A stretch of DNA of 64,000 nt from an uncultured virus (IMG/VR IMGVR_UViG_2724679451_000017) (taxonomy: Duplodnaviria; Heunggongvirae; Uroviricota; Caudoviricetes): IMG/VR virus record IMGVR_UViG_2724679451_000017; one strand, written 5' to 3'. The notes beneath the pieces were generated by a model. That model searched no databases. It was not told where the DNA came from and worked only from the letters and a program-made list of their open reading frames with translations. This document shows positions 9,686 to 19,827 of the stretch, piece by piece (position 1 is the stretch's first letter; each line of letters opens with the position of its first letter). The position numbers and the translations under genes are program-made.

Positions 9686-10298
9686 CTCTTTCCACTAAAA
9701 TACCGTGGTTATCAACGCTTAACCGTAAATGTGTAAATAACTCATTGTTTAAATTATTAAAGTCTTGATAGCACAAATCAAAATCACTAGCTGGCATTTT
9801 CTTAATGAAATCTAGCCGCTGCTTAAATTGTTCTTCAAATAATTGAGGGTTTGTTCTATCCGGCAATAAAGCCAAGTGTTCATGATTAGAATAACTCAAC
9901 TGAAATGCCATCATACAGGCAATCCATTCAGCGACATTCTTACAATTTGCCTCTAAGAATTCCGCTTCCATTCCAATAAGCTGTCTAACCGTAATTCCAT
10001 TTTGCGTAGTTTCAGTTTTCCAATTATTTTCTGATTGAAGGAAAACTTTAGACCAGTCAGTGTTCACCTCCAACATAGTATTACTTTGTTTCTCAAGATA
10101 CTTAAGTAGCAATAAATACCGCTCTTGAATTGTTAAAAGTAAAGGATCCACATTATCTAAAACTGACTTCACGAAAGCTGAAAGTCTTTTTTCATTTAAA
10201 TTCGGGGCAATGATTGAAATTTTAAGACATTGCTCAAAACTCAATTCATGCATTTGAAAAGTACTTTCGCCTATTGGCACCGGATCAAATGTAATCAT
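9603..10298 (-). CDS. Hypothetical morphogenesis protein (possible tail/baseplate assembly chaperone)
   Basis: Start at the TAATG overlap with the upstream stop; part of a late operon. Confidence 0.65.
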   Translation of the reverse strand: MITFDPVPIGESTFQMHELSFEQCLKISIIAPNLNEKRLSAFVKSVLDNVDPLLLTIQERYLLLLKYLEKQSNTMLEVNTDWSKVFLQSENNWKTETTQNGITVRQLIGMEAEFLEANCKNVAEWIACMMAFQLSYSNHEHLALLPDRTNPQLFEEQFKQRLDFIKKMPASDFDLCYQDFNNLNNELFTHLRLSVDNHGILVERGADDAPARFRTASIFTGIIKELDRSFA

Positions 10299-11110
10299 TA
10301 TTTGACTCCATACAATGAATAAATATCTTTTGAATCCCATGCAGTTCGACTCAACAAACTAATATTGACGGCCAAACTTAACCGGTTCCCCTTTTCATCA
10401 ATGGGCGCGACAATTGGCGCGGAAACGCTTTCAATAATGAAAGGCTTATAAGTTTTGCCGTGAGTAGTAAGAGATACAAACGGTGGAATGACACCTGAAA
10501 ACAAGCCTTCTAAAGTAGTATTTGAATCATTGACAACATTCTGCAGTGTAGACTCAGAAGATAATGAAACTGGCACACTCCAAGCCTCCAATTGCATGAT
10601 CTTGTCTTCAACTTCTGTTCTCGCATCACTAAAAGCCAAGAAAAAAATTGATAAATTAAGGCGTACTGATGATGTAGATAGGAATACTTGAGTTGTATTT
10701 ACTTTGGTTAAATTTGTTCGCCCTTCCACACTCTTAAGCGCATTTTCAGCTGTTGCTAAAGGTCCTGATGCCATATCGCTTAATGCTGAAATAAATGGTG
10801 AATTTTCGCCTAGAGTAGCTGCAGCTTGAAGCATTTGCCCAGTTTGCAAGTTAGCCATTAACATAGGCATTTTTAGTTCTGGATTGCTATTTTCAAATGG
10901 AGTTTGCCATTGGCTCTCAATACTTTTGTCGCCGTCAGTCAACAAAGCACGAATTACTGGTGATGCTACTGGGTTTCCATCTTTATCACAAAGAGAAAAT
11001 TCAGCATATTTATGCTTTGAAATTGAGCCATAAAAAGGATCTGATTCAGTACTGGGTAACTTAGTTTTTGCTGTATTAACAGCTGGTGCGTATGCTAAAG
11101 CTTTGGACAT
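10298..11110 (-). CDS. Putative tail/baseplate tube-like protein
   Basis: Late-promoter driven; beta-rich C-terminus 'PFIIESVSAPI..LAVNISL'. Function tentative. Confidence 0.5.
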   Translation of the reverse strand: MSKALAYAPAVNTAKTKLPSTESDPFYGSISKHKYAEFSLCDKDGNPVASPVIRALLTDGDKSIESQWQTPFENSNPELKMPMLMANLQTGQMLQAAATLGENSPFISALSDMASGPLATAENALKSVEGRTNLTKVNTTQVFLSTSSVRLNLSIFFLAFSDARTEVEDKIMQLEAWSVPVSLSSESTLQNVVNDSNTTLEGLFSGVIPPFVSLTTHGKTYKPFIIESVSAPIVAPIDEKGNRLSLAVNISLLSRTAWDSKDIYSLYGVK

Positions 11111-11139
11111 AAAAAAGTCCTACCATAAATGATAGGACT

Positions 11140-11180
11140 ATTATTAAGGTTCTATTAATTAGTTTTTCAAAGTGGTTCCA
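11140..11180 (-). promoter_or_regulatory. Putative late promoter
   Basis: TGGAAC-N29-AATAAT, 65 nt before ATG 11110. Confidence 0.75.
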
Positions 11181-11183
11181 TGT

Positions 11184-11615
11184 TTATTTAATTTCACCAT
11201 ATGCTTTATAAATTGCTGCAATCCCCTTCTCGTTATTTAAGAATTTTATTAATTCTAAACTATAAAAATCACCAATTGGTTTCATAAGTTGGAATGTTGA
11301 AGGTATTGAAAAATATACATTCAATCTGTCGTTATAGGTACTGCATGTAAATTTAAATAATTTAACAGACTGTAATTTGATAGAGTTATAATTAAAAATT
11401 GCTGTACATTGTTGTATAGAAGAAACCTTAGAATATTGTTGTAAATGAAAAATGAAATTTTCTAAACTAGTAGGCAAATCCGCCTCTGTAATATCTATCC
11501 AATCTACTAGTTTGAGGCCCAAATTAATATCGTCTTTACAAATATATTCATCTACACCATCTAATTTAAACCAATTTTTTTCCGAAATCATATCTTGAAC
11601 TTGTTGAAGTTTCAT
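11184..11615 (-). CDS. AT-rich moron, hypothetical protein
   Basis: 143-aa ORF between the DarB-like terminator (~11688-11721) and the next late promoter. Confidence 0.65.
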   Translation of the reverse strand: MKLQQVQDMISEKNWFKLDGVDEYICKDDINLGLKLVDWIDITEADLPTSLENFIFHLQQYSKVSSIQQCTAIFNYNSIKLQSVKLFKFTCSTYNDRLNVYFSIPSTFQLMKPIGDFYSLELIKFLNNEKGIAAIYKAYGEIK

Positions 11616-11730
11616 AAAAAGTACCTTTATTTTATTAAGCGTTTGTAAGGTTAATTAATAATGGTTAATTCTTTTTTTTCAATAGAATAAAAAAAATACG
11701 CCCATTATGAGCGTATTTTTTAACCGAATC

Positions 11731-14700
11731 TCAAGCAGCTAGATTAATATTGTTCTCTTGCTCAAATTCATCAATCTTCTTAATGATTTCAGCAGACTTG
11801 TTATATGGCATAACAATCTCATCAAACTCATTTACTTCTGAACCCCAGAATTTAAGCATGATATTCTTGATCTGAGGTTTATCAACGCCATCGCCATTGA
11901 AAACGTACTTGCTACGTTCAGTTCTAACATAAAGTTCATACTTAGCAAGCTGCTCGTCAATGCGTAGTTTTCTAGGAGGCATTGCGATATCCCGAATTTC
12001 TGAAAATAGATCCTCTACACTTGTAAGGTGCGTGAAGTCTAATTCTCGTGTTTTTGGAACATCATTAGAGCCTGCATGTTTTTCAATAATGATGATACGA
12101 GTTGAAACGGCGGTACCAGCATTTTTAAAGGTTGATTGAGGTAACCAGATTTCAGCTGTCAGAATTGCACCAGGTGTGCTTTCAATAAATTCGTCTACTT
12201 TAGAATCCATCGAACCACGTGGTACCAAGGCCACAATCCGACCACCATCATAAAGATGCCCAAAAGCCTTCTTGATATGTTGAATTGCCAAAGTGCCAGC
12301 ATGACCAAATGGCGGATTCATCACAATCGCATGGTACTTATTCAATGATTCTAAAGATTCGAATGTATCAACAATTACTTTTGCACCTGTATTTGCCATT
12401 TGAGCACGACTAGCTAAAGACTCAGTGGGTTCAATCATTGTCAGCTCTACATCTTGCGGAACAAAACGACCAATAGCTCCATCACCAGCACTAGGCTCAA
12501 GCACAGAATCGCCAGTGTGTACCCCTGCCCATTCAATCATTTTGAATCCTAGAGGTTCAGGCGTTGCATACCATTCCTTACCTTCGCGGTTATCACGACT
12601 TTCAGAACGTTTGCCTTTGGCATAGTAGAATGTTAGTGCTTGATCAAATGGGGTTAACTTAGCAATACGGGCATTTTCTTCATCATATGCTTTACCACCA
12701 ATACCATCATTTAGACTTGGCTCTTCATATTTAGCTTCTTCATAAGCCTGAATTAACGCTTCTTTGATACTTACTACAGCATCAGCACCTTTTGCAAAGT
12801 TATCTACTGTTTCTGCGCGTCCAGCAATCGTGTCTGCAAATGCAGCCCGTTCCCATGCAGTACCAGTAGTCAAGTATCTCTGAATAGCATTTGATGCTTG
12901 TCCGGTTCGATAGATACGCCCTTCCGTCTGTCTCAACTTTGCGGGCTTTGTTGGTTGACCAATATTAATGAGTACTCGCTGGTGTTTACCAGTTGTATCA
13001 TGCAAGCTAATCCCAGTAGAACCAGCATCTGACTGCAGAATGAGAATATCGTGCCCGCTATCATCAGTATTAAATAACGCTACATTAGTTTCACGTTGTT
13101 GCTTTGAAAGACGGCCATTAAATAAAAGAGCATTAGGAAATGCATTCTTTAAAGTTTCAACAGGTGAATCATAATCAAGATTGAGATTTACTAGATCCGG
13201 TCTATTTTCTTTGAATGCATTATATTCAAGCTCAATATCTTCTCTAAGTGGGCTTTCATATTTTTCGATATCAAGCTTACTAATCAAGAAAGGTGCAAAA
13301 CCACCGCCCTCGTTATAGTCATGAAAAATTACTACTTTACGACCTAATGCTAAGTGCTTTTTCACCATATCAACACAAGCTTCAGCTTTAATAGCTTCTA
13401 ACAAACGGCGTCTTGCTAAGTAATCAAAGCGTTTTGCAATAATTTCGTATATGTTTTTAAATCGGTTGCCAGTAAATAGCCGATCATATTCTTGCATAGA
13501 TGCATGACGTCCCCAGCCTGTTGTTGGTTTACCAGTCTGAGCAGCCCATTCTTCAAAAGTTCGTGTTTTGTGCCCTTCTATTTCTTTATAACCATTGCGA
13601 AGATAAGTTAAACCTTCATCAATAAGTTCACCAACACGAGAGCCAATTAGAATGAATTTACGATCATAGTCAAAATTTACTTCTAAATCCCGCCCAGACA
13701 TAGCACCAGTGTTTTTAAGATTTTCGGCGAACTGTCTTTCAAGTACACCTGTATCCACCTTAGCTTCTGGTCGCGTCAACTTACCATATCGCTTTCGATA
13801 TCCAAGATTTCCCATATAGAAGTGCTCTCGAGCCTTACTAAAGCCTTCAGCTAAATTACCTTGGTCATCAACAGATACTGAAGGAGACATATAATCAAAT
13901 AAATAGCCTTCCGCCCAATCAAGTGAAAAGTGATAACTAAATGGCGTAGCAGATAAGAAAACAACTTTGACCTTACTTTTCTGGTGTTTCCAATTCAAAT
14001 TCCAGATCTTTCGTTGTTCATTTCGAAGGATCTGCATTTTGTTATAAGCACTTAGGTATTGTTCTGTTTCTTTACCATCTTCATCGAGCTCTTCAATTGG
14101 CATCTGATCAGCAAATTTATCTTCAAACCATTCACTAAAACCATGCAAATGCCCGGTTAATGCTCTTAGTTTGTTTAATGCTGCAGTTGCTTTACCATCG
14201 GATGATTGCGATAGAGTATGTGCCTCATCAATTAATATCAGGTCCCAATGTTTGTGAACTAAAGTTTTATTTTGTCCAAAATTAGCAAAGGTTGTGACCA
14301 CGACTGTGTGTTCATCACCGCCGTTATCTTTAATACTTTTTAATTTGTAAGCTTTGATATTCAACGGACTTGAGCTTTTTACAAAGTCATTTGCAATCTT
14401 ATCATTCAAGGTAACAATCAAAATATTCTTGAGACCAGCATTAATAAAACGCTTTGCCACTCCAAGCCCAGTAAAGGTTTTACCTGTACCAGTGCCGTTA
14501 GTAAAAAGAATACCCTTCTTATTTTCCTCAATTAACCGCTTTTCAGTTTTTAAAACATCACCACGTTGTGCTGGTTGCAGATATGGCAAAGCTGCGTCAA
14601 TATTTGAAGCATCGCTCCAAATTGTTTCTACATTATCTGCTTTTAATTGAGCTTCTAGCTTTTCATCTATGGCAGCTCTAACTGATTTAGCAGATTGTAC

Positions 14701-15561
14701 AATTGATCGATCTCTTGCTCGTTTAAGAGATGATCTCTTACCAGATAGTTCACCGCCTCCGCTGCTGTTAATCCGGTTAGTACTGGCTCTACTATTTCCA
14801 TCTGAAGATTCATTTCTTGGATTTCGGACGCTAGATAAACTTGCATCATTACTTTTTGATAAGCCAGAATTACTGTCTCGGAGTACCCCAATTTCTCCAT
14901 CATTTCTGATTGCTTCTGAAGCCTCAAATTCATCATTTCCTGATCCAGTTGTAGAAACAATTGGTCCTCTGGATCTGAGACGAAATTCGCCAACTGATTC
15001 CACATCTGAATTGGTATTTGATACATATGAGAATATCCCTTTTACTAGTTGCTGATCTTCAGAAAGAAGAGAGTCTGGAATAGCTTTAAGATGTTTTGAA
15101 CGTACTAAAATTTCACCCTGATAATAAAAGGCATAAGGGTCAAATTCTTTAGCTTTGGTTAATTTGATGCCTTTAAGCCCAATGACCTGTAGCGTTTTAT
15201 TCTTTTTAGTGGTGTAAGCCTTTAGCTCTTTATCGCAAGCAAAAAGAGAAACAATTGTCTCTAATTGTTCAATAACATTTCTGGAACTGTTATTAAGGTG
15301 TTGGATAACTGATTCATCAATGTTTTTGATAGCCTCGTTATATAAGACTTCAATAACTTCATCCAATTTTGGAAAGTCACTTTCTTGACGGGCAAAAGCT
15401 AAAGCTTGCTTTGCTATAGACAAGTTAAGTTCTATTTGCTTATGGATGATAAGAAGGAAAAATCGAGCAATATTGCTTTGATAATGCATGAAATCAATCA
15501 TGTAATAAATCGCAACCAATACTGTGTCTTTAGTGATTGGTTTGAGCTTTAAGATGGACAT
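11731..15561 (-). CDS. DarB-like SF2 helicase / N6-adenine methyltransferase fusion
   Basis: Walker A 'GTGTGKT', 'DEAH', 'SAT', 'AGSTGISLH..QTEGRIYR'; MTase 'LEPSAGDG' and 'NPPF'; next to DarA/DdrB-like genes. Confidence 0.85.
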   Translation of the reverse strand: MSILKLKPITKDTVLVAIYYMIDFMHYQSNIARFFLLIIHKQIELNLSIAKQALAFARQESDFPKLDEVIEVLYNEAIKNIDESVIQHLNNSSRNVIEQLETIVSLFACDKELKAYTTKKNKTLQVIGLKGIKLTKAKEFDPYAFYYQGEILVRSKHLKAIPDSLLSEDQQLVKGIFSYVSNTNSDVESVGEFRLRSRGPIVSTTGSGNDEFEASEAIRNDGEIGVLRDSNSGLSKSNDASLSSVRNPRNESSDGNSRASTNRINSSGGGELSGKRSSLKRARDRSIVQSAKSVRAAIDEKLEAQLKADNVETIWSDASNIDAALPYLQPAQRGDVLKTEKRLIEENKKGILFTNGTGTGKTFTGLGVAKRFINAGLKNILIVTLNDKIANDFVKSSSPLNIKAYKLKSIKDNGGDEHTVVVTTFANFGQNKTLVHKHWDLILIDEAHTLSQSSDGKATAALNKLRALTGHLHGFSEWFEDKFADQMPIEELDEDGKETEQYLSAYNKMQILRNEQRKIWNLNWKHQKSKVKVVFLSATPFSYHFSLDWAEGYLFDYMSPSVSVDDQGNLAEGFSKAREHFYMGNLGYRKRYGKLTRPEAKVDTGVLERQFAENLKNTGAMSGRDLEVNFDYDRKFILIGSRVGELIDEGLTYLRNGYKEIEGHKTRTFEEWAAQTGKPTTGWGRHASMQEYDRLFTGNRFKNIYEIIAKRFDYLARRRLLEAIKAEACVDMVKKHLALGRKVVIFHDYNEGGGFAPFLISKLDIEKYESPLREDIELEYNAFKENRPDLVNLNLDYDSPVETLKNAFPNALLFNGRLSKQQRETNVALFNTDDSGHDILILQSDAGSTGISLHDTTGKHQRVLINIGQPTKPAKLRQTEGRIYRTGQASNAIQRYLTTGTAWERAAFADTIAGRAETVDNFAKGADAVVSIKEALIQAYEEAKYEEPSLNDGIGGKAYDEENARIAKLTPFDQALTFYYAKGKRSESRDNREGKEWYATPEPLGFKMIEWAGVHTGDSVLEPSAGDGAIGRFVPQDVELTMIEPTESLASRAQMANTGAKVIVDTFESLESLNKYHAIVMNPPFGHAGTLAIQHIKKAFGHLYDGGRIVALVPRGSMDSKVDEFIESTPGAILTAEIWLPQSTFKNAGTAVSTRIIIIEKHAGSNDVPKTRELDFTHLTSVEDLFSEIRDIAMPPRKLRIDEQLAKYELYVRTERSKYVFNGDGVDKPQIKNIMLKFWGSEVNEFDEIVMPYNKSAEIIKKIDEFEQENNINLAA
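14667..15026 (-). CDS. Candidate nested (overprinted) gene in the +1 frame of the DarB-like linker
   Basis: 119 stop-free codons, AAGGGA 9 nt before ATG, acidic helical-looking product; host frame is S/R/N/G low-complexity here. Confidence 0.5.
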   Translation of the reverse strand: MYQIPIQMWNQLANFVSDPEDQLFLQLDQEMMNLRLQKQSEMMEKLGYSETVILAYQKVMMQVYLASEIQEMNLQMEIVEPVLTGLTAAEAVNYLVRDHLLNEQEIDQLYNLLNQLELP

Positions 15562-15592
15562 ATATCCCTCAACATAGGAACTTTACATTCCT

Positions 15593-15633
15593 ATGTTGAA
15601 TGATCGTAAGTATCTAATTTTTAGTAGGTTCCA
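15593..15633 (-). promoter_or_regulatory. Putative late promoter with overlapping 12-bp hairpin (15569-15599)
   Basis: TGGAAC-N29-CAACAT, 67 nt before ATG 15561. Confidence 0.75.
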
Positions 15634-15636
15634 GAT

Positions 15637-17148
15637 CTAAACATCTAATTCTTCGAAAAGAATGTCATTAATTTTGTTCCCTTCTTGATTTTCCTTTTCA
15701 TTACTTTGATCAATTTTAGCTTTCAAAGCACTGTGGAAACGTTCAGCCCCCTCTTTCGTTAATCGAATTATTTTAGGGCTACTTGAACTGCTGGAATCAA
15801 CCAAGGAATCGTACATTTGCACACTAATGAAATCATCACCAAGCACTTGTTGTGCATATTGGATAGCATCTTTTACACTTACTGGTTCAGGTTCACCAAA
15901 CAAGCCTACATTACTACTATCTAAAGCCTGTTTCTCTGCAAATTCAGCTAATGCTTTAAATAACATACTCATTTTTTTTGAACTGCGGCTATTCTTGGCG
16001 AGAAATACGGCGAGCTCAGCAACACCTTCTCCTAGATCCTCAAAAAGTCCTTGCTGCTTTACAAACTCAACAATATCTTGATCATTTTGCTTTGCAGATA
16101 AAATGGTATTTGCTGCATCAATAATTGCATTAGCAACACGTTGATCAATGGATTGCTCCATTCCATCAACGATTTGATCTGATATATCTTGAACATTTCC
16201 ACGACTTATAGCTTGCGCTTCAATAAATTTAGGCGCAGCAACACCAAGCGCATTAAGCATATTTTGAAGATCTGGTTTTGTATGATCAGCCATCATTTCT
16301 AGCAGACGATCATCATTGTACGCTTTACTAAAAATTGCGGCTTTGATTCTGTTTATCAGTGCTTGTGTTGGTTTTTTATCTTTCGTTGTGTACTGGGCAG
16401 CTTCTGTATCACCTAATTTACTTAAAAAACCTTGAATAAACTTTTGATTACTTACTGCTAATAAATCGCCATCTTCACTCGGGTTAAAAAGAGCCAGTAA
16501 ATTCTCATCTAAACGTTTAGCATCAGCTTTAGCACGTTCAGTAGCTGTAAATGACAACTTATCATCTTGGTTAGCATCTATGGCAAATTGAGCTCTATCA
16601 ATCTCAGTTGTACGAATACGTATCAAGATTGGTTTAGCAAAAGCCTGAACCTGCTCAGAACTAAAGCCAAAGTAATCGGCTTCATCAATCAACCATTGTT
16701 TATACTCATCTGCGGTACCGCGCTCATAGGCAAGCTTGATAGCCATTGTTCGGCCATTTCCTGATTCAACAACTAAATCATCACCAGTTATCGGTGCTCC
16801 CGTGTCTGCCCGACCTGAGCGGCCTAGGCTTTCGGGGTCTAAATCATTAGCAGTTTTCTGTACCCATGCTTGTGAGGATTCACGACTACGATCTCGTGGC
16901 TGCAATTCTTGCGGATAATTAGGGTTTTCCGCACCAGTTGCTGTATGAGATGCAATTACTTGATCAATATCAACTAAAGCGAATACAGTAGAAATCTTTT
17001 GTCCTTTGGCTGTTTTCACATTATTAGTTCTACCCTTCAAAAGCCCAGTAAAGGGCTGTTTAGGTTTAAAGAAACTAATCATTTGATCAATTACAACTAA
17101 TGGATTTTTAGCAATATCTTGAGTAGAAATTAGATTTAAAGTTGTCAT
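15637..17148 (-). CDS. DdrB-like ParB-superfamily virion protein
   Basis: 'IASH..NPNYPQELQPRDR', 'GAPI', 'VVESGNGR'; coupled to the DarA-like gene. Confidence 0.75.
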   Translation of the reverse strand: MTTLNLISTQDIAKNPLVVIDQMISFFKPKQPFTGLLKGRTNNVKTAKGQKISTVFALVDIDQVIASHTATGAENPNYPQELQPRDRSRESSQAWVQKTANDLDPESLGRSGRADTGAPITGDDLVVESGNGRTMAIKLAYERGTADEYKQWLIDEADYFGFSSEQVQAFAKPILIRIRTTEIDRAQFAIDANQDDKLSFTATERAKADAKRLDENLLALFNPSEDGDLLAVSNQKFIQGFLSKLGDTEAAQYTTKDKKPTQALINRIKAAIFSKAYNDDRLLEMMADHTKPDLQNMLNALGVAAPKFIEAQAISRGNVQDISDQIVDGMEQSIDQRVANAIIDAANTILSAKQNDQDIVEFVKQQGLFEDLGEGVAELAVFLAKNSRSSKKMSMLFKALAEFAEKQALDSSNVGLFGEPEPVSVKDAIQYAQQVLGDDFISVQMYDSLVDSSSSSSPKIIRLTKEGAERFHSALKAKIDQSNEKENQEGNKINDILFEELDV

Positions 17149-19100
17149 TAGATATTCTCCGCTTCCATTTTTTGCACTTGATTCAAGAGTTCTGTCACCG
17201 CTGGAATAAGAAGTGGATCATTTAAGTCTTTTTCTGCTTCATCTCGAATTTGCTCTAATAACTCAAGATTAACTTTAACCTGCCCTTCAATTACTGAACG
17301 GTAAAGTTGATTACCTTCATCATTTGTCGTAATCGGCTGAAGATCTTCAACTTCTGTCGGAGCATTTAGTTCTTTAGATTCATCATTATCTGAATTTTGG
17401 GCTGGCTCTTTATTACTGAGGCGATCCGCTAAATGTTCATCTGCCCATGCTCTTGAATATTCATAAAATGCTGTTAAATATTCTGGTGAACCTTCGGCCC
17501 CATTCCAGTTTTTTAAGAATTCACCACGGCGATCTGAAACCCAAGCCATAAAGTCTATGTTGTTAGAATCTTCAGGATTTTCCAAAGTGTCTAACCATGC
17601 TTGCATCATTTTGTTTTCAGCTATACCAGCTGCACGTGCTGCTAAAACTTCTTCATCTCTTTTTTGTTTAGCTTCATTTTCGGCATCAATAAGTTTTTTT
17701 GCTTCTAATTCTGCTTGCTGTTGAGCCAAAGCCTGGTCATCTAGTTCAGAAATCCATTCACGTGCCCAAACTACCGCATCAGAGTCCCCCTCTAGAGCCT
17801 TATTGATACGTTCAAAGAATGCTTGGTAACGTAAACCATCTTCACCTGCCCATTCAGGATCAGCATTTAAACGCTTTAAATCGGCTTTTAAACGTGCGGC
17901 TTCTTCATCAGAAATACTAACTGGTAACTCATTATGGAGACTATTCTCTTTAATGATTCCTTCATTTTCCTCAGATTGCTTGGTTAACAATGTATTTTGC
18001 AACTGATCAAATTCGTTTAATAAATTGGAAATTTCTGCACTTAAAGAATTTAATTGACTTTGTTTTTGCTCGAGGCGTAGTTCAGCATCTGCTAAAGCCT
18101 TGGCCTTTTCTGCTTTTTTAGATTGTAAACGCTTAAAACGATTACTATTTTGGTTAATCAACTTCATAATTCGACCAGCGAGAACTGGAATTGAAATTCC
18201 TTCTCCCTGATTAGGCTGGATTGCAGCAGTAATATCCCGATTGTTCATTAAAATCTTCCATGAAATTAATGAATCTGCGGGACTGATTTTTTTTGATAAT
18301 CGATCTGGCTTATGAAAAAGGATTGTGAAGTTTTGGCCGTCATCAAAATCATAAGTAAGCGCAATTTGAAGGACTTTTTTATGCTTAAAGGGCTTACTTT
18401 CCGTAACGTTAACGATTTTGACGCCAGTTTTTGAAAACTGATCCATAGAGTGATGCAAAATTGCAGACAGCTGCTCTAAATGCTGGTAATCAACGATAAT
18501 AGAGTCATAATGCGCTTCTTCTACGCCTAGACTAGATAAAAGCGTAGGTAACCCATCAAATTTACTTAATAATTGGCTGTGATCATCATTTCGTTGCATA
18601 TCTAATAACAACTTAGAAGTATCACCCTCATGAGAAATTAAATTGATTCCATCCCATTCAGGTTTTTCAGCTGCGACAACATTTTGTAATTGTTCTAGTT
18701 GCCATCTTTGAATCGGTTTTGAACCCGTCAAATTAAATTGTTGTGAAGATAAATGGCGCTTAAGTCCAAATTGATTTGTTTCAATAACATCTGTAACACA
18801 AGCATCAAACATTCGGCCAAATTGTAGTATCGCTAAATCAGCTGCATGCTGGTCATCGATAGCGCCTAATACCGCAACAGAATCAAACGCATCTATCCCA
18901 CCCTTTTTACCTTTTAAATTTACAACACGCCAGAAATCATTTTCCGTGTAATCTTCAGTGACTAAAGCATTAATTTGACGGTAATCACCCTTAATAAACC
19001 CAATTGAACAAGCACCACTATTCACCATGGAGTCAAAACCATGTACTAATCGGCTTTGATGTGGTGCGTGTGTTTGAATGAAAATTGATTTAACACTCAC
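17148..19100 (-). CDS. DarA-like defence-against-restriction virion protein
   Basis: 'FDDGQNFTILFHKPD..WKILMNNRDITAAIQP' DarA-type block followed by coiled coil; GTG start with GAGG SD. Confidence 0.75.
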   Translation of the reverse strand: MSVKSIFIQTHAPHQSRLVHGFDSMVNSGACSIGFIKGDYRQINALVTEDYTENDFWRVVNLKGKKGGIDAFDSVAVLGAIDDQHAADLAILQFGRMFDACVTDVIETNQFGLKRHLSSQQFNLTGSKPIQRWQLEQLQNVVAAEKPEWDGINLISHEGDTSKLLLDMQRNDDHSQLLSKFDGLPTLLSSLGVEEAHYDSIIVDYQHLEQLSAILHHSMDQFSKTGVKIVNVTESKPFKHKKVLQIALTYDFDDGQNFTILFHKPDRLSKKISPADSLISWKILMNNRDITAAIQPNQGEGISIPVLAGRIMKLINQNSNRFKRLQSKKAEKAKALADAELRLEQKQSQLNSLSAEISNLLNEFDQLQNTLLTKQSEENEGIIKENSLHNELPVSISDEEAARLKADLKRLNADPEWAGEDGLRYQAFFERINKALEGDSDAVVWAREWISELDDQALAQQQAELEAKKLIDAENEAKQKRDEEVLAARAAGIAENKMMQAWLDTLENPEDSNNIDFMAWVSDRRGEFLKNWNGAEGSPEYLTAFYEYSRAWADEHLADRLSNKEPAQNSDNDESKELNAPTEVEDLQPITTNDEGNQLYRSVIEGQVKVNLELLEQIRDEAEKDLNDPLLIPAVTELLNQVQKMEAENI

Positions 19101-19128
19101 GGAGTTATCCTCATTTTAGTTTGAGGAT

Positions 19129-19169
19129 ATTTTCTCAATTAGGTGAATCTATAAAGGCAATGAGTTCCA
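19129..19169 (-). promoter_or_regulatory. Putative late promoter
   Basis: TGGAAC-N29-GAAAAT, 64 nt before GTG 19100. Confidence 0.75.
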
Positions 19170-19173
19170 TAGC

Positions 19174-19827
19174 TTATTTTAAGTTGGGAAACATTTTGAC
19201 GAAATTTAAAGTAACAATGGCATGTGCTTTATTAGAGGCATCAAGGGGCAAATTGCCTGCTTGAAGTGAAACTAGATGCTCAATTTCAAATTGGTTCTGA
19301 TTTCTTGCAGCTTTATCAAAAGCATATATTTTTAATCTCATTAAGTATTCAATTGGTGGCGACTGAGTACCATCTTTATTAAACATTATTTCTTTTATAG
19401 CTTTAGCACTATTCGCAATAGCTGCTTCTTTAGTCTCAATAAATGAAATGCTCAACTCATTTGAAGCATTACCAGTTACATGGTTGAGTTGAAAATGCCC
19501 CACATGCACTGCATCGGTTTGGGCATCTAGTAGTGATACATCTACATTATTGGCTAACCAAGCAACTTTGTTTGAAGGATCAAAAATTGGAATATTTGCT
19601 TGAGCAATTTTACTGTTTGCACGGTACGGGCGAATTTCAATTCCAAAATGGGCCGCTGAAAGTGTCCCTAATGCGTAAAGTTCCTGATAATGTGAAACAG
19701 CTCGATCAACAGTTAGACCAGACCACAAGACAGGATTCTTAGCAAAACGTTCTTTAAACGGATTTAAAACGTTTCCCAAACTGTTATTTATAGTTTTATT
19801 CTGTGTTTCGTATTCAAAAAAAGCCAT
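19174..19827 (-). CDS. Putative tail tube-like/baseplate protein
   Basis: Coupled to the portal gene; 'ELSISFIET' beta pattern. Function tentative. Confidence 0.5.
   Translation of the reverse strand: MAFFEYETQNKTINNSLGNVLNPFKERFAKNPVLWSGLTVDRAVSHYQELYALGTLSAAHFGIEIRPYRANSKIAQANIPIFDPSNKVAWLANNVDVSLLDAQTDAVHVGHFQLNHVTGNASNELSISFIETKEAAIANSAKAIKEIMFNKDGTQSPPIEYLMRLKIYAFDKAARNQNQFEIEHLVSLQAGNLPLDASNKAHAIVTLNFVKMFPNLK

Noticed and set aside
14669..15055. 128-aa + strand ORF antisense to the DarB-like linker
   Set aside because: No SD or promoter; likely a shadow of the constrained region.
11731..15561. Host-type restriction-modification system
   Set aside because: No nuclease or specificity subunit; late promoter and dar-like neighbours favour virion antirestriction.
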